The notes under the pieces are model-generated. The model saw nothing but the letters and a program-made list of their open reading frames with translations. It did no database searches and was not told where the DNA came from. A DNA stretch of 62,116 bases, counting the filler. It is 4 parts of 4 records of this genome, joined end to end, with 100 filler letters (N's around TTAATTAATTAA, not from the genome) between each part and the next. Parts side by side here need not be neighbours in the genome. Positions count along the whole stretch, not along the records: positions 30,478 to 43,480 come from SRR22947727_3186; 3 more parts are not named here. The stretch is one strand, 5' to 3'. A program made the position numbers and the translations under genes. Positions 32,306 to 42,020 of this stretch are shown here, in pieces. Position 1 is the stretch's first letter, and each line of letters starts with the position of its first letter.

Positions 32306-32307
32306 GG

Positions 32308-32919
32308 TTACTTTGTCGCCTTCTTTGCGGGTGCTTTCTTGGCCGCGGGCTTCTTTGCGGGGGTCTTCGTCGCGGGAGCCTTAGCTTCCTTGTCGAGATC
32401 CGCAAGGAGCTTGTCTACGACTGAGGCGGCTTTTGCGTCCTCACTCAGGCGCTCCTGAACGACGGCCGAGGCCAAATCGAGAGCCAAGTTGCCGACCTCT
32501 TTGCGCAAGGAGAGCACAGCCTGGTGGCGTTCTGCTTCGATTTGCGCCTGAGCACTCTGGGCTATCCGGTCCGCCTCCGCCTGAGCGTCGGTCTTCATTT
32601 CCTGAAGAATCTGAGTTCCCTCAGAACGGGCCTGATCTCTGATGCTGGCAGCTTCTGCACGAGCGTCCGCCAGGAGTGCGTTGTATTTCTCCAACGCTTC
32701 CTTAGCTTCAGCTTGGGCATTCTCTGCCTGGGCAATTCCACCCTCGATAGCCTCGGAGCGCTCATCCAGTGTCTTCTGCAGTCTGGGCAACACCACGCGC
32801 CAGAACAGCAGCAACACCAAAGCAAACGGAATGATCGACCAGACAATGTCATAGATCGCGGGGAGCAACGGGTTCGATGCTTCCCCTTCCGCTGCGAGAA
32901 GGAGTGCTTCGGTCTGCAT
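32308..32919 (-). CDS. atpF: ATP synthase subunit b with K/A/P-rich tail
   Basis: NPLLP, one TM helix, LDERSEAIEGG, coiled coil. Confidence 0.95.
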   Translation of the reverse strand: MQTEALLLAAEGEASNPLLPAIYDIVWSIIPFALVLLLFWRVVLPRLQKTLDERSEAIEGGIAQAENAQAEAKEALEKYNALLADARAEAASIRDQARSEGTQILQEMKTDAQAEADRIAQSAQAQIEAERHQAVLSLRKEVGNLALDLASAVVQERLSEDAKAASVVDKLLADLDKEAKAPATKTPAKKPAAKKAPAKKATK

Positions 32920-32927
32920 AGTCAGGC

Positions 32928-33212
<285 letters not shown>

Positions 33213-34022
33213 TTAGTGTTCTTCCGCCAGCGCGAGCTGGAGGTAGACGGCGGTCAAAAGGGTGAAGACGTAGGCCTGCAAGGTGGCGACCAGCAACTCG
33301 AAGAACGTGAACGCGATGCTAAACGCGATGGTTCCAATACCAAAGAATGCCATCCACGAGTCGGAGTAGAGGACGAAGAAGTGGGTGGAGGAGAAGAACA
33401 GAACCAGCAGGAAGTGACCCACCACCATGTTCATCAACAAACGAAGAGTCAGGGTGACCGGGCGAAGAATGAAGGTCGAGACAAACTCGATCGGCGTGAC
33501 GATGATGTAGAGAGGCCAGGGGACGCCGGGGGGCAGTAAGGAGTTCTTCAAGAACGCCACCGGGTGTTTCCGGAGTCCCGCATAGACAAAGGCCAGATAC
33601 GCGGCAATCGCCAGCACCAGAGGCATACCAATCACGCTGGTTCCAGCGATATTGAGCCCGGGAATAATTCCCGTCACATTCATAAACCAGACCAGGAAGA
33701 AAATCGTGGTGAGGAGGGGGAGGAAGCGCTTGCCATCTTTCTCACCGAGAAGATCCTCAGCGATGTTGACGCGCACCAGGTTCAGCGCCATCTCGATGGT
33801 TCCCTGGAAACGGCCGGGCACAACCCGCATCTTGCGGGTTCCCAACCAGAAGACCAAGACCAATGCCACAACAGCCAGAAGACGCACCAAAATGATGCGA
33901 TTCATCTCAAAAATGGTGCCTTCAAAGAGAATCGCGGGAGGGAAAAATTCCTCAATCGTCGGGGGACTGAAAGTTTCACCGGCTGCTAACTGGAACAGCG
34001 TGTCAGTGGCTTCTGTTAACAG
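33213..34022 (-). CDS. atpB: ATP synthase subunit a, probable CTG start
   Basis: RPVTLTLRLLMNM, LQAYVF; frame extends upstream of ATG 33905 through PTIEEFFP to CTG 34022 preceded by GGAGA. Confidence 0.93.
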   Translation of the reverse strand: MLTEATDTLFQLAAGETFSPPTIEEFFPPAILFEGTIFEMNRIILVRLLAVVALVLVFWLGTRKMRVVPGRFQGTIEMALNLVRVNIAEDLLGEKDGKRFLPLLTTIFFLVWFMNVTGIIPGLNIAGTSVIGMPLVLAIAAYLAFVYAGLRKHPVAFLKNSLLPPGVPWPLYIIVTPIEFVSTFILRPVTLTLRLLMNMVVGHFLLVLFFSSTHFFVLYSDSWMAFFGIGTIAFSIAFTFFELLVATLQAYVFTLLTAVYLQLALAEEH

Positions 34023-34112
34023 CTCTGTCTCCAGTTTCGAGGCGCACGATAGCGCGGCGAATGTCGTCTAGAAGACTGTAGCAAAGCAAAGCTGGGAGAG
34101 ACGAATCAGCCT

Positions 34113-34790
34113 TCAGGCGAGGGTTGAGGCAAAACGCTCCGGGGAAATCACAGAAAAAATATCGGTGAGCGGAATGGAACCCTCCCTCACGATGCGAAGT
34201 TTCCCCTGGGGTGAATCCAGCGAGGTTGCATCGATCACGGTGGACACCTCTTTGCCCGGTTTCTCTTCCCCAGCACCCAGCACCACTGAGACAGACTCCG
34301 CAAACCTTTTCTGGAGAGCGCTCGGTGACACCAGTGGCGTGCTTCCCACTGCCCACGCCCCCGACTGCGCGAGAGGCCCAGTTTCACTCAACAACTCCAG
34401 AGCGATACGGTTTGCCGGCATCCGCAGAGCCACGGTGCCCTTTGTATCACCCAGGTCCCAGGTGAGGGACTCCCCCGCGGGAACAATCAGCGTGAGCGCA
34501 CCTGGCCAAAACTCTCCGGCAAGCGCCGCCACCTCGTCGGCAACCTCGGCTGCTAAAGCCCGCAGCGTAGGAATACCCGGAACGAAGACCGACACCGGTG
34601 CGCCTTCTGGCATACCTCTCGCAGAGCGCAGAGCCTGCACAGCACTGGGCTTGAACGCATCAGCAACAAGTGCATAGGAGGTGTCGGTGGGGACACAGAC
34701 CACCTGGCCGCGACCAATAGCCATGCGGGCATGGCGCATCCCTTGAAGAAGCTCCGCCTTGTTGGCGGTCTTGAACAGTTCGGCGCTCAC
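34113..34790 (-). CDS. Sua5/TsaC (YrdC-domain) homologue with degenerate catalytic motifs
   Basis: PTDTSYAL, FWPGALT, VALRMP, STVID present; expected KxR and SxN read ARGM and SGAW. Confidence 0.85.
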   Translation of the reverse strand: MSAELFKTANKAELLQGMRHARMAIGRGQVVCVPTDTSYALVADAFKPSAVQALRSARGMPEGAPVSVFVPGIPTLRALAAEVADEVAALAGEFWPGALTLIVPAGESLTWDLGDTKGTVALRMPANRIALELLSETGPLAQSGAWAVGSTPLVSPSALQKRFAESVSVVLGAGEEKPGKEVSTVIDATSLDSPQGKLRIVREGSIPLTDIFSVISPERFASTLA

Positions 34791-36139
34791 GCAAACAAGC
34801 TTGCCACGGCCTCACGGAAGTGAGCCGTGTGGGCCGCCACATCCGCTGCTGTTGTGGCGGGACTCATGAGCGCCATGTTGTGAAATGGCGTGAGAAGAAT
34901 CCCGCGGTTCAGAGCGTGCAGGTGTAAATACTGCTGCAACTCAAAATCATCAGCTCCCGCAGCCTCGGCCCCATCCTTCGGAGCGTGAGGAAGGAAGCTG
35001 TACTCAGCTCGGGTGCCCAGCTGGGTCACCTGCCAGGGAACATCAAACTCCTCGATGGCGGAGTGAACCCCTTCGGTCCACTCGGTGGCGCGCTGAATCA
35101 TCTCGGGATACGCCTCAGCCGTAAGAACCTCGCCGAGCGTTGCCCGGATGGCCGCAAGCGACAGGGCGTTCCCGGCGAGGGTCCCACCCACTCCCCCGAC
35201 ATCGATGTCTTCGAGGTGGATCGAGGCACGAACACGCTCTTGGAGCTCGCTGGTCATGCCGTAAGCACCAGCAGGAATACCGCCCGCAATAGTTTTACCG
35301 ATCACCACGGCGTCGGGCAATAGCCCATCACGCTGGGTCATTCCTCCAGGCCCCGCACAGACGGTGTGGGTCTCATCAATGATCAGGACAGCTCCGTTCT
35401 TGGTGCAGAGCTCCCGCAGTGCCTGATGCCAGCCATCATCGGGGAGCACAATGCCGATGTTGGTCATCGCTGGCTCCACCAGCGCGCAGGCGATGTCACC
35501 AGAGGCAAAAGCTTTCTCCAAGGCGGCCACATCGTTGAAAGGGACCACCACGGTGGTCATATCAGGGTCAACGGGGGCGCCAACATTTCCTCGTCTCTCC
35601 ACCACCGAACCGTGGTCGTCGATGGTGGCAAAGGTCTCATCAACGCTGCCGTGGTAGCAGTAGTCCATCACCAAGACTTTGCGCTTGCCCGTCACCTGGC
35701 GGGAGTAACGAATCATGGCGCGGTTGGCATCGGTAGCGGTCAGGGTGAATTGCCACATCGGGACCCCGAAGCGGTCCGCCAGCATCCCGGCAGCTATCGC
35801 AGCGTCTTCCGTGGGGAGCATGGTGGTGATGCCTTTCGCGAGCTGCGCGGTGACTGCTCGCACCGTGGGCTCAGGCGAGTGACCCACCATGGCGCCGGTG
35901 TCACCCAGGCACAAATCGACGTGGTCGATTCCATCAACACAGGTGAAGTGAGCGCCCTTGGCGCTCTCGACATAGACCGGCCAGGGGCCGGGCCATTTCG
36001 CCATCCAGAGCATCGGAACACCATCGGGCATGCTGCTCTTCGCAATCTCAAACTGGGCTTTGGACTGTGGTCGCTCGGCTTCAAATCGAGCAACTTCCTC
36101 AGCCATGAGAGTGGCCAGGCGGGAGCGGTCAACAGACAT
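34787..36139 (-). CDS. Class III PLP aminotransferase, glutamate-1-semialdehyde aminomutase-like
   Basis: DLCLGDTG, CYHG, IIDETHT, GKTIAGGIP, GGTLAGN. Confidence 0.88.
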   Translation of the reverse strand: MSVDRSRLATLMAEEVARFEAERPQSKAQFEIAKSSMPDGVPMLWMAKWPGPWPVYVESAKGAHFTCVDGIDHVDLCLGDTGAMVGHSPEPTVRAVTAQLAKGITTMLPTEDAAIAAGMLADRFGVPMWQFTLTATDANRAMIRYSRQVTGKRKVLVMDYCYHGSVDETFATIDDHGSVVERRGNVGAPVDPDMTTVVVPFNDVAALEKAFASGDIACALVEPAMTNIGIVLPDDGWHQALRELCTKNGAVLIIDETHTVCAGPGGMTQRDGLLPDAVVIGKTIAGGIPAGAYGMTSELQERVRASIHLEDIDVGGVGGTLAGNALSLAAIRATLGEVLTAEAYPEMIQRATEWTEGVHSAIEEFDVPWQVTQLGTRAEYSFLPHAPKDGAEAAGADDFELQQYLHLHALNRGILLTPFHNMALMSPATTAADVAAHTAHFREAVASLFA

Positions 36140-36173
36140 TGGGGTGCCCTCCAGAGCAATCGATGGGGTGGAA

Positions 36174-36971
36174 CTAACCAGCGAGCGCAAGCCTCTTGCG
36201 TTTGATGGCTCCGCTCACTTGCGCAATCAACACCAGCAGGATGGCCGCGAAGAACACAGCGGAGGCAATCACGTTCGCCTCGGCAGGTATTCCTCGGGCT
36301 GCTGCCGTGTAGACAAAGCGGGGGAACGTCATTGCTGGGCCGGCGTTGAAGTTGGTGATGATGAAGTCATCAAAGCTCAAGGCGAAGGACAAGAGTGCCG
36401 CTGCCGTTATTCCGGGGACCAACAGGGGGAACGTCACACGCCAGAACACTTGGGAGGGCGACCCATACAGATCACGCCCAGCTTCCTCGAGGGCGGGGTC
36501 GAGCACAGCAACCCTCGCTCGCACTGTCACCACGACGAAGCTGATACAGAACATGGTGTGGGCGATGATGATGGTCGGCAAGCCTTTTTGCACTCCCAAT
36601 TGCAGGAACTGTGCTGCAAGCCCCGCACCCAAAACGACCTCGGGTGTGGCCATCGGCAAGAAGAGCAAGAGAGTGGTCGAGTTTCTAAATCGGAAGCGAT
36701 AGCGCACGAGGGCAATGGCAATGGCTGTCCCCATGGCGGTCGCGAGAACAGTGGAAACGCCAGCCACTAGAAGCGAGTTTCCAAACGCCGTGCAGACGTC
36801 CTGGGCATTACAGACATCGAGCCAGTTATCGAAGGTGAAACCTCGCCAGACGATGTTGGTGCGCCTCGCGTCATTGAACGAAAACACGATCGTATAGACG
36901 ATGGGGATAAGCAAAAACACCATCGCCATGCCCGTGTAGACCCAAAGAAGGTACTTCCCCAAGCCCCTCAC
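36174..36971 (-). CDS. potC: Polyamine ABC permease (PotC-like)
   Basis: FSFN, PEVVLG, LEEAGRDL, SFDDF. Confidence 0.85.
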   Translation of the reverse strand: MRGLGKYLLWVYTGMAMVFLLIPIVYTIVFSFNDARRTNIVWRGFTFDNWLDVCNAQDVCTAFGNSLLVAGVSTVLATAMGTAIAIALVRYRFRFRNSTTLLLFLPMATPEVVLGAGLAAQFLQLGVQKGLPTIIIAHTMFCISFVVVTVRARVAVLDPALEEAGRDLYGSPSQVFWRVTFPLLVPGITAAALLSFALSFDDFIITNFNAGPAMTFPRFVYTAAARGIPAEANVIASAVFFAAILLVLIAQVSGAIKRKRLALAG

Positions 36972-37894
36972 AGCAGGTCATCCGTTCCGCTACGTCGCAC
37001 ATAGGCGGAGACCAGAATCAGAATCGACATCATCAAAATCAGAGAGAGTGCTGCCGCAGCGGGGAAGTTCTGGAGCACCAAGAAGTTGGCCTCGATAACG
37101 TTTCCCATCATCGCGGTGTCGGTCGAGCCCAGGAAGTCACGGCTCGCGTTGATGTAGTCACCGGTGGCCGGAATAAAGGTCAAGAGCGTTCCCGAAATGA
37201 CACCGGGGATTGACAGCGGAAGAGTGACGGTCCGGAACACCGTGAACGGGTTGGCGTACAGGTCCCCGCCGGCCTCCACATAGCGCAGGTCGAGCTTCTC
37301 GAGAGTCGTGTAAATGGGGAGAGCCATGAAGGGCAAGAACATATACGTCAAACCAAAGACCACCGAGAAGGGTGTTCCCGTCAGATAAGCATCAGAGGGA
37401 ATCAGTTGGAAAGTTTTCAACACCCCGACGAAGAATCCCTCATCCGAGAAGATCTGCTTCCAGGCCAGGGTGCGCAGCAAGAAGGAGATGAAGAAGGGTG
37501 CGATGAGCAGAACCAGCGAGAGAGCCTGAAGGAGTGGATACTTCCGCAACTTGACGCCAATCACATAGGCAATCGGATACCCCAAGAGAAGGGCAAAGAT
37601 CGTCGCCAAGGTCGCGTAAATGAAGGACCGAGAAATATGGGAGAAGTAGGTCGAGACAACCTCGACGTAGTTTTCCCACCGGAACGAATTCTGGAACTCA
37701 CCGAGGAACCCTCCGGGAACCGGGGCTTGGAAGCTGGTGATTACCAACGAAAACAGTGGCGTGACAAAAAACAGAATCAGGTACAAAATTCCAGGCAGAA
37801 GCAGCCACAGGGCCACCGGAGACTTTCGCTGTACCTGAGCAACCGGAGCCTGCGTCCCTGCAGGTGCTGCTGTTTGAAAAGCTCCAAAAGCCAC
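36968..37894 (-). CDS. potB: Polyamine ABC permease (PotB-like)
   Basis: GYPIAY, PFFISFLLRT.AW, LPFM.LPIY, EAGGDL. Confidence 0.85.
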   Translation of the reverse strand: MAFGAFQTAAPAGTQAPVAQVQRKSPVALWLLLPGILYLILFFVTPLFSLVITSFQAPVPGGFLGEFQNSFRWENYVEVVSTYFSHISRSFIYATLATIFALLLGYPIAYVIGVKLRKYPLLQALSLVLLIAPFFISFLLRTLAWKQIFSDEGFFVGVLKTFQLIPSDAYLTGTPFSVVFGLTYMFLPFMALPIYTTLEKLDLRYVEAGGDLYANPFTVFRTVTLPLSIPGVISGTLLTFIPATGDYINASRDFLGSTDTAMMGNVIEANFLVLQNFPAAAALSLILMMSILILVSAYVRRSGTDDLL

Positions 37895-39102
37895 TAGGAC
37901 TCCTCGAGTTCAGCTTCTAGCTTTTCCCGCTCCTGCACCGCTACCGACTGAGTGTCGGTGTCTGACTGAAAGCGCTCTTCCTGGGGCGGAGCATCAGCGA
38001 GACCAAAGGCGTGCGCAACCTGCCATGAGAGATACACCTCGTCGCCATTCTTCGCGTGCTCACCCAAGGAGGTGTTCTGGGCAAACACCGTGATCTCTCC
38101 AAGACCTGGAACGTCCACGAGGTACTGGATGCTGACACCACTGAACGACGCGTCAACAACACGGCCGGGACCCACGATGGTCTCGTTGGACCCCGCGGTC
38201 GGCTTTGTCGAGTGCAGAGTGACTTTCTCGGGACGAATACCGACCGTCACCACGCCGCGATGCGCCACAGCACGATCGCTCGGAACACGAAGCTCATAGC
38301 CCGACGCTGACACGCTCACCACATTCGCTGTGGTGCCCGTGACCTCGCCACCAAACAAATTGGACTGCCCCAGGAAGGTCGCAACAAAGGCAGTCTGGGG
38401 AGACTCATAGAGCTCCTCCGGTGCACCCATCTGCTCAATCCGACCCTGGTTCATCACGGCGACAGTGTCAGCCATCGTCATGGCCTCTTCTTGATCGTGG
38501 GTGACGTGAAGGAAGGTCAAGCCCACCTCGGATTGGATGTCTTTGAGCTCCAGTTGCATCTGTCGACGAAGCTTGAGATCCAGCGCACCAAGGGGCTCAT
38601 CCAGAAGGAGAAGAGCTGGACGGTTCACAACAGCACGAGCCAACGCGACGCGCTGCTGCTGGCCACCGGAGAGTTGCGAGGGCTTTCTGGTGGCGACGTG
38701 GGCAAGTTCCACCAGGGTCAGAGCGTCGCGCGCCAGCTTTTCGGCGTCTGCAATCTTGCGGCGCTTCAGACCGAACATGACGTTCTCGAGGATGGTCATA
38801 TGCGGGAACAGGGCGTAGGACTGGAAGACCGTGTTGACCGGACGCTGATACGCCTTGGTGGAGGTGACGTCTTTCCCGCCGATCAGGATCTGACCCTCGG
38901 TGGGCTCCTCCAGCCCTGCTACGAGCCGAAGCGTCGTGGTTTTCCCACAACCGCTTGGCCCGAGCAGGGCGAAGAAGGAACCAGCAGGAATCTCCAACGT
39001 GAGGTCATCGATTGCTGTGAAGCCCGGAAAACGTTTGGTGACGTTCACCAAGGACAGGTCAGCACCCGCCTCCGCAAACTGCTTTGCTGAAGCGTCAGAC
39101 AT
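37894..39102 (-). CDS. potA: Polyamine ABC ATPase (PotA-like)
   Basis: GPSGCGKTT, VFQSYALFPH, LSGGQQQR, VTHDQEEA, C-terminal TOBE-like region. Confidence 0.9.
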   Translation of the reverse strand: MSDASAKQFAEAGADLSLVNVTKRFPGFTAIDDLTLEIPAGSFFALLGPSGCGKTTTLRLVAGLEEPTEGQILIGGKDVTSTKAYQRPVNTVFQSYALFPHMTILENVMFGLKRRKIADAEKLARDALTLVELAHVATRKPSQLSGGQQQRVALARAVVNRPALLLLDEPLGALDLKLRRQMQLELKDIQSEVGLTFLHVTHDQEEAMTMADTVAVMNQGRIEQMGAPEELYESPQTAFVATFLGQSNLFGGEVTGTTANVVSVSASGYELRVPSDRAVAHRGVVTVGIRPEKVTLHSTKPTAGSNETIVGPGRVVDASFSGVSIQYLVDVPGLGEITVFAQNTSLGEHAKNGDEVYLSWQVAHAFGLADAPPQEERFQSDTDTQSVAVQEREKLEAELEES

Positions 39103-39123
39103 TTCGTTGTCGACCCTGCGTTA

Positions 39124-40338
39124 CTAAGCGCCGAGTGCGATGGCCTGGAAGGCTGCCTGGTACTCGTTGTCCTCATCGGAGGTGAGAGTGCGGAAGGCCT
39201 TCACCTGCGACAGCGTTGCGTCATCAGGGAAGATCATCTTGTTCTCAGCCAGCTCGGGGTCAATCTCCATGGCAGCTTCGTAAGCACCCTTCACCGGCGT
39301 CACGTAGTTCACCCACGCAGCAACCTCAGCAGCAACTTCTGGCTCGTAGTAGTAGTTCATGAGCGTTTCTGCGTTGGTCTTGCGGGGGGATCCAATCGGG
39401 ACGACCATGGTGTCGTTCCAGATCGTCGCACCGGACTCGGGAATGACGAAGCGCCACTTCTCTCCGTCGTCATAGCCGTTCTCGAAGTTGATCAGCGTGA
39501 TGTCACCAGACCACCCGATAGCGACCAGAGCATCCTCGTTGACAAGGTCCTCGGTGTACGAGTTACCTCGCACGTTCCGGATCTGGCCAGCCTCAACTTG
39601 CTCGCGCAGCACGTCAAGTGCCGCGTTGAACTCGTCGGCTCCCCAGTCAGAGGAAATGTCAACCCCGTTGGCCATCATGAGCAGACCGACGGTGTCGCGC
39701 ATTTCGGAGAGAACCACTACGCGGCCCTTGAGCTCGGGAGCCCACAGGTCTTCCACCGTGCGGATTTCTCCGACCTTTTCGGTGTTGTAGGCCAAACCAG
39801 CAAAGCCACCCTGCCAGGGAAGGCTCATTTTGCGGCCGGGATCCCATCCCGGGTTAGCAAGGGAGTCAACAACGTTGGCCTTATTGGGAACGTTGGCCTC
39901 GTTCAGTTCCTGAACGAAACCCAACTGACCCCAACGGGCTGCCATCCATTCGGTGGGAACAACGATGTCAGCGCCGATGTCCTGACCGAGCTGAAGCTGG
40001 TCGCGGACCTTGGCGTAGTAGGTGTTGTTGTCGTCGTAGTCGACCATGTAGTTGACAGAGATTCCGGTCTCCTCCTGGAATCGAACCAGGGTGGGGTAGT
40101 TGCCGTCGTCATCTTCGTCAATGTAGAAGGGCCAGTTAGACCAGTTGAGTGTCGGGTCCGATGCCGAGATGTCTTCGGCAGCGACCAGGTCACTGTCGGC
40201 GGCACACGCGGAGAGACCCAGTGCCACAGCACCACCACCGGCTCCGGCGAGGAACGAACGCCTCGAGAGCTGCGACTTGCGGGCCATCTTGACGAGGCTG
40301 CGGACCATGGGGTCCTCGGGAAGTGGGCGATTCATCAT
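39124..40338 (-). CDS. potD: Polyamine-binding protein (PotD/PotF-like), Tat lipoprotein
   Basis: SRRSFL Tat motif, LSAC lipobox, NWPFYID, WSGD, NYYYEPEVAA. Confidence 0.88.
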   Translation of the reverse strand: MMNRPLPEDPMVRSLVKMARKSQLSRRSFLAGAGGGAVALGLSACAADSDLVAAEDISASDPTLNWSNWPFYIDEDDDGNYPTLVRFQEETGISVNYMVDYDDNNTYYAKVRDQLQLGQDIGADIVVPTEWMAARWGQLGFVQELNEANVPNKANVVDSLANPGWDPGRKMSLPWQGGFAGLAYNTEKVGEIRTVEDLWAPELKGRVVVLSEMRDTVGLLMMANGVDISSDWGADEFNAALDVLREQVEAGQIRNVRGNSYTEDLVNEDALVAIGWSGDITLINFENGYDDGEKWRFVIPESGATIWNDTMVVPIGSPRKTNAETLMNYYYEPEVAAEVAAWVNYVTPVKGAYEAAMEIDPELAENKMIFPDDATLSQVKAFRTLTSDEDNEYQAAFQAIALGA

Positions 40339-40457
40339 TGAACTCCTTCATTCACTATGGTGCTGGTGCACAAGGGTTGTTTTGATACTAGACCTCACAC
40401 CCCTCGTCCCAGGACGCCTGGTGTTACAGCCTCGTAACTCTCTTAGTTTTGTAGTGT

Positions 40458-41894
40458 CTACTCTCCAATAAATGACATGACGTGCTTGATACGTGTGTAG
40501 TCCTCGAACCCATACTGGGAAAGGTCTTTGCCATACCCGGAATGCTTGAAGCCTCCGTGGGGCATCTCTGCCACCAGCGGAATGTGGCAGTTGATCCAGA
40601 CAGCACCAAAGTCCAAGCCCTTGGCGAAGCGCATTGCGCGTCCGTGATCTCTGGTCCACACACTGGAGGACAGACCATAGAGAACGTCATTAGCCATCTG
40701 CATGGCTTCCTTCTCCTGGGCAAAGGGCTGCACGGTGATGACAGGTCCGAAGATTTCTGTCTGGATGGCATCGTCCTTTTGCTTCAAGCCTGTGACCACG
40801 GTGGGCTCAATGAAGTAGCCCTTGTCGCCCTGGCGGACTCCACCGGTTTCCACCTTCGCGTGACCGGGAAGCGCATCAATCATGCCCATCACACGAGTCA
40901 TCTGGTTCTGGTTGTTGACCGGACCATAGAACGTGTTCGGGTCGCTGGGGAGACCGGTCTGAACGTTTGCTGCGACCCACTTCGTGAGCGCTGCGACGAA
41001 CTCATCGTGCACGTTCTTGTGCACGAGAACACGAGTTGCCGCGGTGCAGTCCTGACCAGCGTTGAAGAACCCGGCAATACCGATTCCTTCCACAGCCTTG
41101 TCGATGTCGGCGTCGTCAAACACAATGACGGGTGCTTTTCCACCGAGCTCCAAGTGAACTCGCTTGAGGTCGGTGGAGGCCGCCTTGGCCACCTCCATAC
41201 CCGCGCGCACCGAGCCGGTGATGGAGACCATCTGGGGAATCTTGTGATCAATCATCGCCGCACCACTGGTGCGGTCTCCGGTGATGACGTTGACAACACC
41301 GGGGGGGAGGTGAAGAGAACAAATCTCCGCCAGGAGCAGGGTGCTCTGGGGGGTGGTGTCAGAGGGCTTCAAGACGGTGGTGTTTCCGGCAGCAACCGCA
41401 GGAGCAAACTTCCACACGGCCATGTTCAGCGGATAGTTCCAGGGGGTCACCTGCCCCACCACACCAATGGGCTCACGACGAATCATGGAGGTGTGATCCT
41501 TCATGTACTCGCCAGCACTTCGGCCTTCCAGGTTTCTGGCAGCACCCGCGAAGAAGCGAATCTGGTCAACACTGAGCATGATCTCGTCATCAACGAGCGA
41601 GGTGCGAGGCTTTCCGGTGTCCTGTGACTCGAGGTCGGCGAACTCCTCGGCTCGCTTCTCCATCTCATCAGCGATACGGAAGAGGGCCAGCTGGCGCTCA
41701 CCCGGTGTGGTCTCACCCCAGGTCTCGAAAGCGCTCTGCGCTGCCTGATAGGCGGCATCAATATCTGCCGCTGAGGAGATCGGTGAGTGTGCGTACACCT
41801 CCTCCGTGGCTGGGTCGACAAGCTCCAGGGCATCCTTGCCCTTCGCCTCGACGTAGGAACCGTTGACGAAGTTCTTCAGTGTGCGCGTAGTCAT
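40458..41894 (-). CDS. Gamma-aminobutyraldehyde dehydrogenase-like ALDH
   Basis: [43 protein letters not shown]. Confidence 0.9.
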   Translation of the reverse strand: MTTRTLKNFVNGSYVEAKGKDALELVDPATEEVYAHSPISSAADIDAAYQAAQSAFETWGETTPGERQLALFRIADEMEKRAEEFADLESQDTGKPRTSLVDDEIMLSVDQIRFFAGAARNLEGRSAGEYMKDHTSMIRREPIGVVGQVTPWNYPLNMAVWKFAPAVAAGNTTVLKPSDTTPQSTLLLAEICSLHLPPGVVNVITGDRTSGAAMIDHKIPQMVSITGSVRAGMEVAKAASTDLKRVHLELGGKAPVIVFDDADIDKAVEGIGIAGFFNAGQDCTAATRVLVHKNVHDEFVAALTKWVAANVQTGLPSDPNTFYGPVNNQNQMTRVMGMIDALPGHAKVETGGVRQGDKGYFIEPTVVTGLKQKDDAIQTEIFGPVITVQPFAQEKEAMQMANDVLYGLSSSVWTRDHGRAMRFAKGLDFGAVWINCHIPLVAEMPHGGFKHSGYGKDLSQYGFEDYTRIKHVMSFIGE

Positions 41895-41900
41895 AGGGCT

Positions 41901-41906
41901 ACCCTA
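41901..41906 (-). promoter_or_regulatory. -10 box for a probable leaderless ALDH transcript
   Basis: TAGGGT 6 nt before ATG 41894, no SD sequence. Confidence 0.55.
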
Positions 41907-41936
41907 ACGCAGGATGAAGCCGGAGGTCTAGGGGCG

Positions 41937-41972
41937 ATTTCAGTAACAATTTCGTTGAGAATTGACTGAAAT
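41937..41972. promoter_or_regulatory. AT-rich inverted repeat in divergent promoter, candidate operator
   Basis: ATTTCAGT-AA-CAATT-N8-AATTG-ACTGAAAT. Confidence 0.55.
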
Positions 41973-42020
41973 GATGAGTTTTCAATTGCGTTTTGTGCAA
42001 ATTGATGCGAAAATCACACT

